From Halalkalibacterium halodurans (GTDB taxonomy: Bacteria; Bacillota; Bacilli; Bacillales; Bacillaceae_D), in NCBI RefSeq assembly GCF_004376175.1, contig NZ_SNUY01000101.1, positions 1 to 8,591 on the forward strand: a DNA stretch of 8,591 bases, given 5' to 3'. Every line of letters starts with the position of its first letter. Positions within the stretch are counted from its first letter, which is position 1. A program made the translations under genes and the position numbers. The notes below the pieces were generated by a model. The model was not told the origin of the DNA. It ran no database searches and saw only the letters and a list, made by a program, of their open reading frames with translations. Shown here one piece after another: positions 1 through 7,691 of the stretch.

Positions 1-125
1 CCCTTGATTGACCTCTGAATAAACCATTGGCGTGTTTGTCAAGAGCGATAGCGCGGCCTTTCCACCTAATAAATGGTAGTAGTGTTAGATCCAAATAAGG
101 TTTTCATAGAAGTTTTGACACTACC
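1..125. repeat. Left copy of a 125-bp perfect inverted repeat (IS-end-like module). The outer terminus CCCTTGA sits at window base 1, so the repeat may continue left of the window.
   Basis: I reverse-complemented 1-125 block by block and it equals 8068-8192 at 125 of 125 positions. Identity stops at 125/126 on the left and 8067/8068 on the right. Bases 1-57 also share conserved blocks (CCCTTGA, AAACCATTGGC, GTTTGTCAAGAG, CGATAGC) with 8224-8290. Confidence 0.9.
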
Positions 126-133
126 ATTCATCA

Positions 134-808
134 TCAAAGATTTGGAATTTCCCAATTGATCGAGCTTTCCCCTTGTTCTTGGAGAATACGGTTGATCGTT
201 GAAAAGGGACGACTACCGAAAAAGCCCCGATTAGCCGAAAATGGACTCGGGTGGGGTGCTGTGAGGATGTAATGGCGATCATTCGTAATCAGCGCTTGCT
301 TTTCTTGCGCGTGACGTCCCCACAAAACGAAGATTACAGGCTTCTCCCGTTCATTTAAGCAGGTAATCACCCGATCGGTAAAGCTCTCCCACCCTTTTCC
401 ACGGTGAGAGGCTGCCTGCCCTTTTCTTACGGTTAACACTGTGTTTAAGAGCAGTACCCCTTGCTCTGCCCATGGGGTTAGGTGACCGTTGTTTGGAATG
501 GGGCAGCCGAGATCCTCCCGCAGCTCCTTAAAGATATTTTGCAGCGATGGCGGTAGTGGTACCCCTGGCTTCACGGAAAAACTTAAACCGTGGGCTTGAT
601 TCGGCCCGTGATAAGGATCTTGTCCTAAAATCACCACTTTTGCTTCTGCAAGTGGTGTGTAATGCAAAGCATTGAAAATATCGTACATCGACGGATAAAT
701 CGTTTGCGTGCTGTACTCTTGTTTGAGAAATTCACGCAATTGCACGTAATATGGCTTCTGAAACTCCGCTTCCAATACATCTGCCCAATCGTTATGTAAA
801 ATTGACAT
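134..808 (-). CDS. ung: Uracil-DNA glycosylase, family 1
   Basis: The translation carries the family-1 UDG motifs GQDPYH (water-activating loop) and HPSPFS (HPSPLS-type intercalation loop). Its ~224 aa length is typical of Ung. The track ORF starts at GTG 823. ATG 808 (MSILHNDW...) is preferred because a GGGAG Shine-Dalgarno lies 8 nt upstream. Stop is TGA at 134-136. Confidence 0.93.
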   Translation of the reverse strand: MSILHNDWADVLEAEFQKPYYVQLREFLKQEYSTQTIYPSMYDIFNALHYTPLAEAKVVILGQDPYHGPNQAHGLSFSVKPGVPLPPSLQNIFKELREDLGCPIPNNGHLTPWAEQGVLLLNTVLTVRKGQAASHRGKGWESFTDRVITCLNEREKPVIFVLWGRHAQEKQALITNDRHYILTAPHPSPFSANRGFFGSRPFSTINRILQEQGESSINWEIPNL

Positions 809-845
809 AGGCTCCGCTCCCACACTTCTTTTCTTTATCCATTAC

Positions 846-854
846 ATTGTAACA
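846..854 (-). promoter_or_regulatory. Candidate extended -10 promoter element (TGtTACAAT) for ung
   Basis: The minus strand reads aaTGtTACAATg about 40 nt upstream of the ung ATG. No good -35 hexamer is present, which fits the extended -10 class. Motif inspection only. Confidence 0.25.
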
Positions 855-962
855 TTAACGAATTTGATTCTCATCCGTGGTACTTCGACAAGCTTCTTTA
901 CCATTTTAAAAAAAGCTCGGTGATAGCGGAGCCGTAGTGGTTCCTCTCGTTTTTTACTACCC

Positions 963-994
963 AAAAAAGATGGTCTACTGCTTAGTAAACCACC
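963..994 (-). terminator. Rho-independent terminator of the mtl operon
   Basis: The minus-strand RNA reads GGUGGUUUACU-AAGC-AGUAGACCAUC followed by UUUUUU. This gives an 11-bp stem (two G-U pairs) and a 4-nt loop, starting 18 nt after the mtlD stop. On the plus strand the wobble pairs become A-C mismatches, so the hairpin is strand-specific. Confidence 0.7.
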
Positions 995-1011
995 TTCTCT
1001 ACACACGTTAT

Positions 1012-2139
1012 TCAATTATTGCCTACAATCATTTGCACTAATGGATGGACGGCTGGCAATCCCGTCACTTCCACTACCGTCTGTTCTAGTCCTTGCACTT
1101 GTCGCTTTTTCTGTAGCTCCATGCTTTCCTGATCGTCCTCGACAAAAAAGGCGAAAGCAGCTTGAATCCCTGCCAGTAAAGCAGTCGGCTGTTGTCCAAG
1201 GTCAAGCAACTGGCGTGCAGGCTTCACGAGTCGTTCGTTGTATCCTAGCTTACGAATCGGATTTCGACCGACCCGCTCGACTCGATCAGACAAATACGGA
1301 TTGTTGTAACGTTTGAAAATTTTCTCGATGTACTCATCATGGGCTTCAGGAGGGAAGTTGTATTTATGAACGAGCAGCCCTTTTGTTTCCGCTAACGCTT
1401 GCCGTGTTTTTTCGGCAATGGTTTGATCGGAAATCGCTTCTTTTATCGTCATGAGTCCTTTTTGAAACCCGAGATAGGCAACCATCGCATGACCTGTGTT
1501 GACCGTAAATAACTTTCGCTCGATGTAAGGAGTCAAGTCTTCCACGTAAGTGACTCCGTCAATCGTTGGCCGCTCTCCTTTCATCGATTTCGTCTCGATC
1601 ACCCACTCATAAAATGGTTCGACGGAAACGGTTAACGGATCGGCGTGATCTTGGGCAGGAACGATGCGGTCGACCGTCGCGTTCGGAAATCCTGTGACCC
1701 TATCGACTTTGCTCCATTCCTCTTCAGAAAGAGAAGCCTTCGTATATTCTTGAAGCATGGAAGAGGCACCGATTGCATTTTCACATGCGATGACCTGGAT
1801 CGGCGCACCGTTTCTTTTCAAGAGTCCTTGCCCGATTGGATGGGCTAAATGGGGTAAAACGGACGGGCCAACAGCCGTCGTCACAAGGTCGGCCGTAGCA
1901 ATTTCGGCAATCACCTGCTCCATCTGTGTGCGACTGTTTAGTCCTCTTACATTGTGGATCACGTTTTCCTCATTGTCTTCATCAGCCGTCAAGACCGTAT
2001 AGGATCGTTGCTCGTTCAAGCGGTCGATCACTTGGGCATTCACATCGACAAATACGACTTCATAGTTTGCCTTGGATAACAACGCGCCGATAAACCCCCG
2101 TCCAATGTTTCCTGCGCCAAAATGGATGGCCTTCATCAT
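1012..2139 (-). CDS. mtlD: Mannitol-1-phosphate 5-dehydrogenase
   Basis: N-terminal Rossmann motif HFGAGNIGRGFIG, ~375 aa, and last position in the mtl operon. Tandem ATG ATG starts lie at 2139 and 2136. The first overlaps the mtlF stop as ATGA, suggesting translational coupling. A GAGGTGA Shine-Dalgarno lies 5-8 nt upstream. Confidence 0.93.
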   Translation of the reverse strand: MMKAIHFGAGNIGRGFIGALLSKANYEVVFVDVNAQVIDRLNEQRSYTVLTADEDNEENVIHNVRGLNSRTQMEQVIAEIATADLVTTAVGPSVLPHLAHPIGQGLLKRNGAPIQVIACENAIGASSMLQEYTKASLSEEEWSKVDRVTGFPNATVDRIVPAQDHADPLTVSVEPFYEWVIETKSMKGERPTIDGVTYVEDLTPYIERKLFTVNTGHAMVAYLGFQKGLMTIKEAISDQTIAEKTRQALAETKGLLVHKYNFPPEAHDEYIEKIFKRYNNPYLSDRVERVGRNPIRKLGYNERLVKPARQLLDLGQQPTALLAGIQAAFAFFVEDDQESMELQKKRQVQGLEQTVVEVTGLPAVHPLVQMIVGNN

Positions 2140-2573
2140 TCGTTCACCTCACCTAAAAAGGCAAGCACCTCTTGTGCCGATTCAAGGGAAAGTAACCGTT
2201 CAACGTTCTCCTCTTCAGAAAACGTGATCGCAATTTTGGACAGAATGTCTAAATGCTCCGTTCCTTTGCCAGCAATCCCGATCACCACGCGAACCTCTTG
2301 TCCATCCCAATCAACTGGATCGTCAAATACCAGTACCGACATTCCTGAATGAATCACTTGTTCTTTCGCCTCTTCGGTTCCATGGGGAATGGCAAGGTAG
2401 TTCCCTAAATACGTTGAGGTAACGGTTTCCCGCTCAAACATTTTATCCACATAGTTCGGCTCAACATAGCCCTTCTCTACAAGAAGAGTTCCTGCTGCCT
2501 TAATTGCTTCCTCCTTCGACCTTGCCTCTGCTTTTACTTTGATTGTCTCTGTTGATAAAATTGTTTGACTCAT
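2136..2573 (-). CDS. mtlF: PTS mannitol-specific EIIA component
   Basis: 145 aa with the EIIA(Mtl)-type phosphorylatable His context YLAIPHGT. An AAGGAGTGGAG Shine-Dalgarno lies directly upstream. The gene sits between mtlR and mtlD. Confidence 0.9.
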   Translation of the reverse strand: MSQTILSTETIKVKAEARSKEEAIKAAGTLLVEKGYVEPNYVDKMFERETVTSTYLGNYLAIPHGTEEAKEQVIHSGMSVLVFDDPVDWDGQEVRVVIGIAGKGTEHLDILSKIAITFSEEENVERLLSLESAQEVLAFLGEVNE

Positions 2574-2586
2574 AACACTCCACTCC

Positions 2587-4695
2587 TTATCCGTCTTTGT
2601 TTATTTTTTCTTGAACGAATGCTTGCGAGGATTCATAGATTCTTGCAAAAACGGCCTGCTCGGATGCTCGTTCAAATAAGCGCATCGTTTCTTCACTTTC
2701 AATGATTAACGTGCTTAAATAGCTTAAATATTCTAAGCGAACTTCTTCAAGATCTTGCGGAGCAAGCATGAGAACGACTCGCTCGACAAGGATTAGACTG
2801 TTGTCCATTCCTTTTCGCAGCGAAGGGGTCCCCCACTCGTACATGGCAAAATAGGGAATGGTTACGTCCCTTGATCTTGTATGGAAAAGGGCCAAGGACG
2901 TGTTTGGAATCGCTACACCCCCTGCACGCTCCCGTTCAATCAAAGCTTGAGCCACACCGCCTCCATTGGTGAGAATTCCTTTTTGCTCTAGTGATCGACA
3001 AATACGCTCGATCTCTTCCTCGATTGAGATCCCTCGCTCCACTTGGATTAACTGAAAATGGCTCAGCACTTGATAGATGTCTTGATTCAACTTGGCAAAG
3101 TGGGCAAAGCGTTCAATTGCTAAAACATTCGATCCGCCTTCCGCCACCTGTAGACTGGCCTGACCCGTTTCAGTAACAGCTGATGGCTCCCTTAGCTTTT
3201 CATCCAAATAAGCACGAATTTGCTTAACTTCGTGGGGAGGTAAAAACGGCTGAACGACAAAGTGCTTCACATCGGTATGGAGCGGGATGGTAGAAAGAAA
3301 TAGATCATAGTCGTGTAAGTTTTTCTCTCCTAGTTCAAAAAAGGACGCTTGCTCAATCGAAGTAATTTCGGGAAACTCTTTTTCGATTCGGCTGGCCAAA
3401 AATTTTGACGACCCGATCCCACTGGAACAGACGACAAGTACTTTTAACGTCCGCTTGCGCTTCAGCCTTTCAAGCGCAGATCCGAAATGCATGACGAGAA
3501 ATCCTGCTTCTTCCTCTGGGATCGTAATCGGTTCAAACACCTTATTTCCTTTGACTTGAACGACGTGAAAAAGTTCCTCGTAATCCTGTTTAATTTTTTC
3601 AAGCAGCGGGTTGTAAATTTTCATTTTTTCGCGAATTCGATATAACGCCGGCTTTAAATGGGCAACTAAGCCTTGGAACAATGAAGGATCTTGGAATTGA
3701 ACGTGGAGACTTTTTTCCACCTCGTGAATGAGCGCTTTGACGCGGACACCTAACTGAAAGTTCGACTCTTCCAAGAGCGACTCCGTCTCTACGTGCGCTT
3801 TTGCTCCTCGGATATGCATAGTCATATAGCCAACTTCCGCTTCTGGGATGTTCATTCCCAGCTTTTGCTCCAAGCGTCTCGCTAAATCGGCCGCAAGCTC
3901 AAACTCTTTATCCATCTTTAATTTGCTTAAATAAGACGGGTCAATCTCAATCTTTTCCCCTTGGCGAATCCGCTCAATTGCTAACGTCAAATGGACAATG
4001 AGCCCGATATATGCTCGATCGGCCATTGGCTCTACCATTTGCTTTCGAAAATCAGCAAGGACTTCTTGGATATTTCTCACTAACTCAAGATTAATAAGAT
4101 GAAGCAACCGCTCGGAAATCGCATCCGTTTGCTCCCAATCGTCTAATGGCTCAGAAAGCATCCGGTACATTTTCGATTCGGTCAAATGCTCTGCCAGCAG
4201 CTGACTGATAGCCCGACGAATGTCAGATTCGCGTCCAATAATTTGCACACCATACCCTCGCTTTCGAACGAGCTCGAGACGAAAGCCGTTCAGCCACGCT
4301 TCGGCTCTCGTTAAATCATTGCTAATCGTCGCAACCGTCACGTTTAACTCGTCGGCAAGGGTAAAAAGCTTCAACGGTTCCCGGTGCTGCAATAAGATAG
4401 CTAAGAGGAGCATTTGCCGCTCCTCTGGTGTAAATTCATTTAACTCAAGGGTCTGGAGAAAACCGAGTAGCTTCTCCTGCTCAGAGGGCCCGCCACTAAT
4501 GACGAGACCGGCTGAACTTTTGTTTAGTTTTAGGCCATATTCAGCCAAAATATCTTCTATTCCTTTTAAATCCCGTTGGATGGTACGCGTACTTACATCT
4601 AGCAGTTGTGCAAGTTTCGGTATGGTTAACCCGTCTTTATGCTGCAATAATTGATGCAAAATATTACGTTCCCGTGCTGAAATGTACACGTCCAT
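2587..4695 (-). CDS. mtlR: PRD-domain transcriptional activator of the mannitol operon (MtlR; BglG/Mga-type)
   Basis: ~700 aa with an N-terminal HTH (LAQLLDVSTRTIQRDLK). The central part has the length and position expected for duplicated PRD modules. An EIIB(Gat)-like segment follows (VLVVCSSGIGSSKFLA, with Cys), then a C-terminal EIIA(Mtl)-like segment (SLALFHTRS). The GGAGGG Shine-Dalgarno abuts ATG 4695 with no spacer. The in-frame GTG at 4689 (giving M-YISARER...) has a 6-7 nt spacer and is the more likely start. Confidence 0.9.
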   Translation of the reverse strand: MDVYISARERNILHQLLQHKDGLTIPKLAQLLDVSTRTIQRDLKGIEDILAEYGLKLNKSSAGLVISGGPSEQEKLLGFLQTLELNEFTPEERQMLLLAILLQHREPLKLFTLADELNVTVATISNDLTRAEAWLNGFRLELVRKRGYGVQIIGRESDIRRAISQLLAEHLTESKMYRMLSEPLDDWEQTDAISERLLHLINLELVRNIQEVLADFRKQMVEPMADRAYIGLIVHLTLAIERIRQGEKIEIDPSYLSKLKMDKEFELAADLARRLEQKLGMNIPEAEVGYMTMHIRGAKAHVETESLLEESNFQLGVRVKALIHEVEKSLHVQFQDPSLFQGLVAHLKPALYRIREKMKIYNPLLEKIKQDYEELFHVVQVKGNKVFEPITIPEEEAGFLVMHFGSALERLKRKRTLKVLVVCSSGIGSSKFLASRIEKEFPEITSIEQASFFELGEKNLHDYDLFLSTIPLHTDVKHFVVQPFLPPHEVKQIRAYLDEKLREPSAVTETGQASLQVAEGGSNVLAIERFAHFAKLNQDIYQVLSHFQLIQVERGISIEEEIERICRSLEQKGILTNGGGVAQALIERERAGGVAIPNTSLALFHTRSRDVTIPYFAMYEWGTPSLRKGMDNSLILVERVVLMLAPQDLEEVRLEYLSYLSTLIIESEETMRLFERASEQAVFARIYESSQAFVQEKINKDG

Positions 4696-4708
4696 CCCTC
4701 CATTTCGT

Positions 4709-6115
4709 TTAGGATTTTAATCGGTTTAACAACTCATCATATTTTGGACTACTTAAAAAGTTTTCCACTGAAATGTGCTCGGCATGTGGATTTTTCGCTT
4801 TCGCCCGGTCCGTTAAATCTTTATGGGTGATAATAATGTCCACATCGTCAGGCAATTGATTGATCGACGTATTCGCCACATCAATCGAAAGCCCCGCTTT
4901 TTTCACTTTATCTCGTAGGATCGAAGCCCCCATAGCGCTCGAACCCATTCCAGCGTCGCAAGCAAAAATAATCTTGTTTACTTTAGTTGCCTGAGGTTGC
5001 TCGTCGTCAGTAATTAACGCTTCTTTGACGGAGCTTTCCTTCCCTTTTAGGCCTTCCATTTTTGAAGTCGCTTCTGTCAAATCTTCAGCTGTTGCTTTGC
5101 TTGTTTTTAAAATAATCGAAGCAATCACAAACGAAACGACCGTAGCTATAATAACACCGGCAAGAACTCCTGCGTACTCTCCTCTAGGTGTCATCGCCAA
5201 TAAGGCAAAAATGCTTCCAGGAGACGGCACCGCAACAAGTCCTGCATTAAAGAGAACGAATGTAAACACACCGCTCATACCACCGGCAATGACGGCAAGA
5301 ATAAGGGTCGGCTTCATTAAAATGTACGGGAAATAAATTTCGTGAATCCCCCCAGCAAAGTGGATGACGGCTGCCCCTGGAGCTGATTGCTTTGCCATTC
5401 CTTTACCGAACACCATGAAGGCGAGCAAGACTCCAAGCCCAGGTCCTGGGTTCGTCTCAAGTAAGAACAAAATGGACTTTCCAGCTGAAGCCGCTTGATC
5501 AATCCCAATGGGACTTAAAATACCGTGATTGATCGCGTTATTAAGGAAGAGCACTTTTGCAGGTTCAATGAAAATGCTTGCTAACGGTAGCAATCCTGCG
5601 CCAATGATCACTTCCACGCCCGACGCTAATACGTTACTAAAGGATACGACAACTGGACCAATACCTAAGAAGGCCACGATCGCCAAAATCGCCGCAAGAA
5701 TCCCTGCTGAGAAGTTATTGACGAGCATTTCAAATCCGGAGCGAACTTTTGGCTGAAGAACTTGGTCTACTTTTTTGATCAAAAATCCGCCAAGTGGCCC
5801 CATGATCATTGCTCCGATAAACATCGGAATGTCAGCACCAACGACAACACCCATGGTCGCGGCTGCACCGACAACACCGCCTCTTACGTCATAGATCATC
5901 TTTCCACCTGTATATCCAATTAAAAGCGGAAGCAAGTAGGTAATCATTGGTCCGACAAGCTCTGCTAATTGCTCATTCGGCCACCAACCAGTTGGAATAA
6001 AAAATGCTGTAATAAGTCCCCATGCAATAAAAGCACCGATGTTCGGCATAATCATTCCACTTAAAAAGCTACCGAACTTTTGCACTCTTGCCCGAAATGA
6101 TGGTTGATTGTTCAT
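4709..6115 (-). CDS. mtlA: PTS mannitol-specific EIICB permease
   Basis: Polytopic EIIC domain followed by an EIIB domain with the active-site Cys context KIIFACDAGMGSSAMGASILR. As I recall the sequence, it aligns along its length with B. subtilis MtlA. I chose ATG 6115 (MNNQPSFRARVQKFG...) because AAAGGGGGAA lies 6-7 nt upstream. The 30-codon extension to 6205 in the track has no Shine-Dalgarno and is not MtlA-like. Confidence 0.93.
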   Translation of the reverse strand: MNNQPSFRARVQKFGSFLSGMIMPNIGAFIAWGLITAFFIPTGWWPNEQLAELVGPMITYLLPLLIGYTGGKMIYDVRGGVVGAAATMGVVVGADIPMFIGAMIMGPLGGFLIKKVDQVLQPKVRSGFEMLVNNFSAGILAAILAIVAFLGIGPVVVSFSNVLASGVEVIIGAGLLPLASIFIEPAKVLFLNNAINHGILSPIGIDQAASAGKSILFLLETNPGPGLGVLLAFMVFGKGMAKQSAPGAAVIHFAGGIHEIYFPYILMKPTLILAVIAGGMSGVFTFVLFNAGLVAVPSPGSIFALLAMTPRGEYAGVLAGVIIATVVSFVIASIILKTSKATAEDLTEATSKMEGLKGKESSVKEALITDDEQPQATKVNKIIFACDAGMGSSAMGASILRDKVKKAGLSIDVANTSINQLPDDVDIIITHKDLTDRAKAKNPHAEHISVENFLSSPKYDELLNRLKS

Positions 6116-6136
6116 GTTCTTTCCCCCTTTACGTTC

Positions 6137-6165
6137 ATAATAAAGCGCTCTCATCTTGTAAACAA
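6137..6165 (-). promoter_or_regulatory. Candidate mtl operon promoter with an embedded cre-like element
   Basis: The minus strand reads TTGTTT-17 nt-TATTAT about 20 nt upstream of the mtlA Shine-Dalgarno. The spacer contains TGAGAGCGCTTTAT (6140-6153). That matches the CcpA cre consensus TGWNANCGNTNWCA at all but the last two positions. Motif inspection only. Confidence 0.3.
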
Positions 6166-6222
6166 CGAAATCAAAACACACTTTCGTCATTCGGAAGGGT
6201 GACAAAGTTTAAATTACTCGAT

Positions 6223-6240
6223 AAGCCTAGTGATAGGCTT
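6223..6240. promoter_or_regulatory. Perfect palindrome AAGCCTA-N4-TAGGCTT upstream of the mtl promoter (possible operator or small hairpin)
   Basis: 7-bp perfect arms with a 4-nt spacer, 108-125 nt upstream of the mtlA ATG. No U-tract follows on either strand, so it is not a terminator. A TTGTCAC half-site-like motif lies nearby at about 6198-6204 on the minus strand. Confidence 0.25.
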
Positions 6241-6314
6241 CCCTTCTCTCTAGAGTCCATAAAGGTGAGTGTCCTTATACTTTAGTAATGTAATGAGTTA
6301 AACATTTTAACATG

Positions 6315-6342
6315 AAAAAGACTCCCTTTAGTAAAAGGAGCC
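6315..6342 (-). terminator. Rho-independent terminator after the 151-aa membrane protein gene; it insulates the mtl promoter
   Basis: The minus-strand RNA reads GGCUCCUUU-UACU-AAAGGGAGUC followed by UUUUU. This gives a 9-bp stem with one bulged G, starting 4 nt after the stop at 6346. Confidence 0.65.
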
Positions 6343-6345
6343 TAA

Positions 6346-6801
6346 TTATTGATCTGAATTTTTTTGCTGGCGACGTTGATAAAAAATCGTCGGACTCCAG
6401 TAACAATACACAATGACGGCAACCGTAAATGCAGTAAAGGTCACAAGCTGGGAAACACCCCATTCATTTAAAAACAAGTAAATGAAGCCGACAAGGAGCA
6501 ACCCATAATGAAGGAAAAGGGACACGCGAAACGACAGATCTTCGTTGATTCGCCCTTTTTTCAAGAGAAAGGCCACGATTCCGTCCGCTATAATAGAGAC
6601 AATGATCGTAAAGAGAACCCAGAGTGAAAGAACGGAAAACGCAAGGTATAAAAACGTATCAATCAAAAAATCAGTATCGTAACTGCCGCGAATTAAGTCA
6701 ATCACCGCAAGTCCAAGGGTAGTCACAGTAGCAAACACAAGCAGGGAACCAAAAGCAGCTAACCCTTTTAAAGCCATTCGTTCAAAAGCATTCCTCGACA
6801 T
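6346..6801 (-). CDS. Hypothetical integral membrane protein (about 4 predicted TM helices); no family recognised
   Basis: 151-aa ORF with ATG 6801 preceded by AGGAGG at an 8-nt spacer. It has four long hydrophobic stretches and its own terminator. No catalytic or family motif recognised. Confidence 0.75.
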   Translation of the reverse strand: MSRNAFERMALKGLAAFGSLLVFATVTTLGLAVIDLIRGSYDTDFLIDTFLYLAFSVLSLWVLFTIIVSIIADGIVAFLLKKGRINEDLSFRVSLFLHYGLLLVGFIYLFLNEWGVSQLVTFTAFTVAVIVYCYWSPTIFYQRRQQKNSDQ

Positions 6802-6938
6802 GTTGTCGTCCTCCTATCCTTGCCAAAAGGAGCCTGATTAGAAAGAGCGTTTCTATTTTACCACGAAATAGGATCAGGAAGGAAAACACACATAAAGCAC
6901 GAACTATTATTGGACACCCATCATGGAGGCGAAAGCAT

Positions 6939-7583
6939 TTGAAACAAAAAATCAAAGCACCTCAACTTCCATCATCGCTTACAACGGCTACCATTCTACA
7001 GCTTGAAGAAGGCGATGACCAAATCGGTAGCATTCAATTAATCGGTGACGAGACCAATGGTCTGATTTGCCCAGATCATTTGGAAATCCGTCAATCATCC
7101 TTTAAGCAAGTCACTTTACTAAATAGCTCCTTTTCCCGTTCCGACCTATCCGATGTTGTTTTTGAGAAATGTGATCTTTCCAACGTCCAGTTTCAAGATG
7201 CCATTATTCACAAAGCGGAATTTCGTCGCTGCCGTATGACTGGATTCAACGGCTCAGGCGCTTCTTTCCGCCATGTCCGCTTCATCGATTGCCTGCTTGA
7301 TTACAGCGCATTCGGATTCTCCAATATGAAGAATGTTGCTTTCAGTCACTGCTCCTTACAAGAAGCCGATTTTTATCAATCAGTGCTGAAACATACAGAG
7401 ATACAAGATTGCCAATTGCACGGGGCTAATTTTGCACAAACCGATTTGTCGGACATGGACCTGCGCACCTGTTCATTCCAACAACTCACCGTCTCGTTTG
7501 ACAAGCTGCAAGGCTGCACAGTCACGTCTGAGCAAGCGATCGGTTTTGCGAAAATTCTTGGATTGAACATTGAAGATCATTAA
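6939..7583 (+). CDS. Pentapeptide-repeat protein, Qnr/MfpA-like in size and layout
   Basis: The core is tandem A(D/N)LXX-type pentapeptides (e.g. SDLSDVVFEKCDLSNVQFQDAIIHKAEFRRCRMTG...ANFAQTDLSDMDLRTCSF). At 214 aa it falls in the Qnr size range. TTG start at 6939 with GGAGG (6925-6929) at a 9-nt spacer. No in-frame ATG lies upstream of the repeat core. Confidence 0.88.
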   Translation: MKQKIKAPQLPSSLTTATILQLEEGDDQIGSIQLIGDETNGLICPDHLEIRQSSFKQVTLLNSSFSRSDLSDVVFEKCDLSNVQFQDAIIHKAEFRRCRMTGFNGSGASFRHVRFIDCLLDYSAFGFSNMKNVAFSHCSLQEADFYQSVLKHTEIQDCQLHGANFAQTDLSDMDLRTCSFQQLTVSFDKLQGCTVTSEQAIGFAKILGLNIEDH

Positions 7584-7643
7584 CGGTTTGAATGAAGAGA
7601 GCTCAGCGTCTTTAGAACCATAGTTCCACTTAGCACCTACACT

Positions 7644-7680
7644 AATAAAAATTAAAGGAGATGCGTCGTCTCGCACCTCC
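7644..7680 (-). terminator. Rho-independent terminator between convergent genes, strongest on the minus strand and possibly bidirectional
   Basis: The minus-strand RNA reads GGAGGUGCG-AGACGA-CGCAUCUCC followed by UUUAAUUUUUAUU (9-bp stem with one G-U pair). It starts 12 nt after the stop at 7692. On the plus strand the same stem has one A-C mismatch and a weaker U-rich tail. Confidence 0.6.
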
Positions 7681-7691
7681 CTCATCTGTTT

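Noticed and set aside
75-125. Internal 7-bp pairing within the 125-bp repeat (GTAGTGT at 79-85 with ACACTAC at 118-124), considered as an IS200/IS605-style end hairpin
   Set aside because: The stem is short and the loop is 32 nt. The associated transposase fragment is DDE/rve-type rather than HUH/TnpA-type, so a hairpin-end mechanism is not supported.
908-935. Possible second terminator downstream of mtlD (minus strand GGCUC...GAGCU followed by U7)
   Set aside because: The stem is only 4-5 bp with a 10-nt loop. The hairpin at 963-994 already accounts for termination.
6116-6205. 30-codon N-terminal extension of mtlA in the track (MSPFRMTKVCFDFVVYKMRALYYERKGGKN)
   Set aside because: There is no Shine-Dalgarno before ATG 6205 and the extension is not MtlA-like. 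It would also overlap the candidate promoter and cre-like region. ATG 6115 has a strong AAAGGGGGAA Shine-Dalgarno and gives a canonical MtlA N-terminus.
6186-6210. Search for a full MtlR operator (TTGNCACA-N4-TGTGNCAA, as remembered for B. subtilis) upstream of mtlA
   Set aside because: Only a single TTGTCAC half-site-like motif is present and no partner half-site lies at the expected spacing. It is mentioned as context only and not called as a feature.
6333-6840. 16-nt direct repeat AAAAGGAGCCT(A/G)ATTA at 6333-6348 and 6825-6840, flanking the 151-aa membrane protein gene; considered as a possible insertion footprint
   Set aside because: It matches at only 15 of 16 positions. One copy is simply the terminator stem and both are AG-rich, Shine-Dalgarno-like sequence. 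My rough estimate is that about one such match is expected by chance in a window of this size. No other mobility signature accompanies it.
6833-6878. Nested short inverted repeats (CCTGAT/ATCAGG and CTATTT/AAATAG) in the divergent intergenic region between the 151-aa membrane protein gene and the pentapeptide gene
   Set aside because: The arms are only 6 bp and the spacing is strongly asymmetric, so the two pairs cannot form one coherent stem. This is not distinguishable from chance in AT-rich promoter DNA.
631-7685. Short and medium ORFs in the track that overlap real genes. They are 631-825(-), 1041-1316(+), 1645-1848(+), 1757-2002(+), 2122-2352(+), 2991-3176(+), 4220-4654(+), 5025-5336(+), 5317-5508(-), 5529-5756(+), 6088-6285(+), 6275-6463(-), 7376-7570(-) and 7473-7685(-).
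   Set aside because: Each lies antisense to, or out of frame within, a confidently identified gene (ung, mtlD, mtlF, mtlR, mtlA, the membrane protein gene or the pentapeptide gene). Their translations are low-complexity and rich in Ser, Arg and Cys, which is typical of shadow frames. None has a convincing Shine-Dalgarno.
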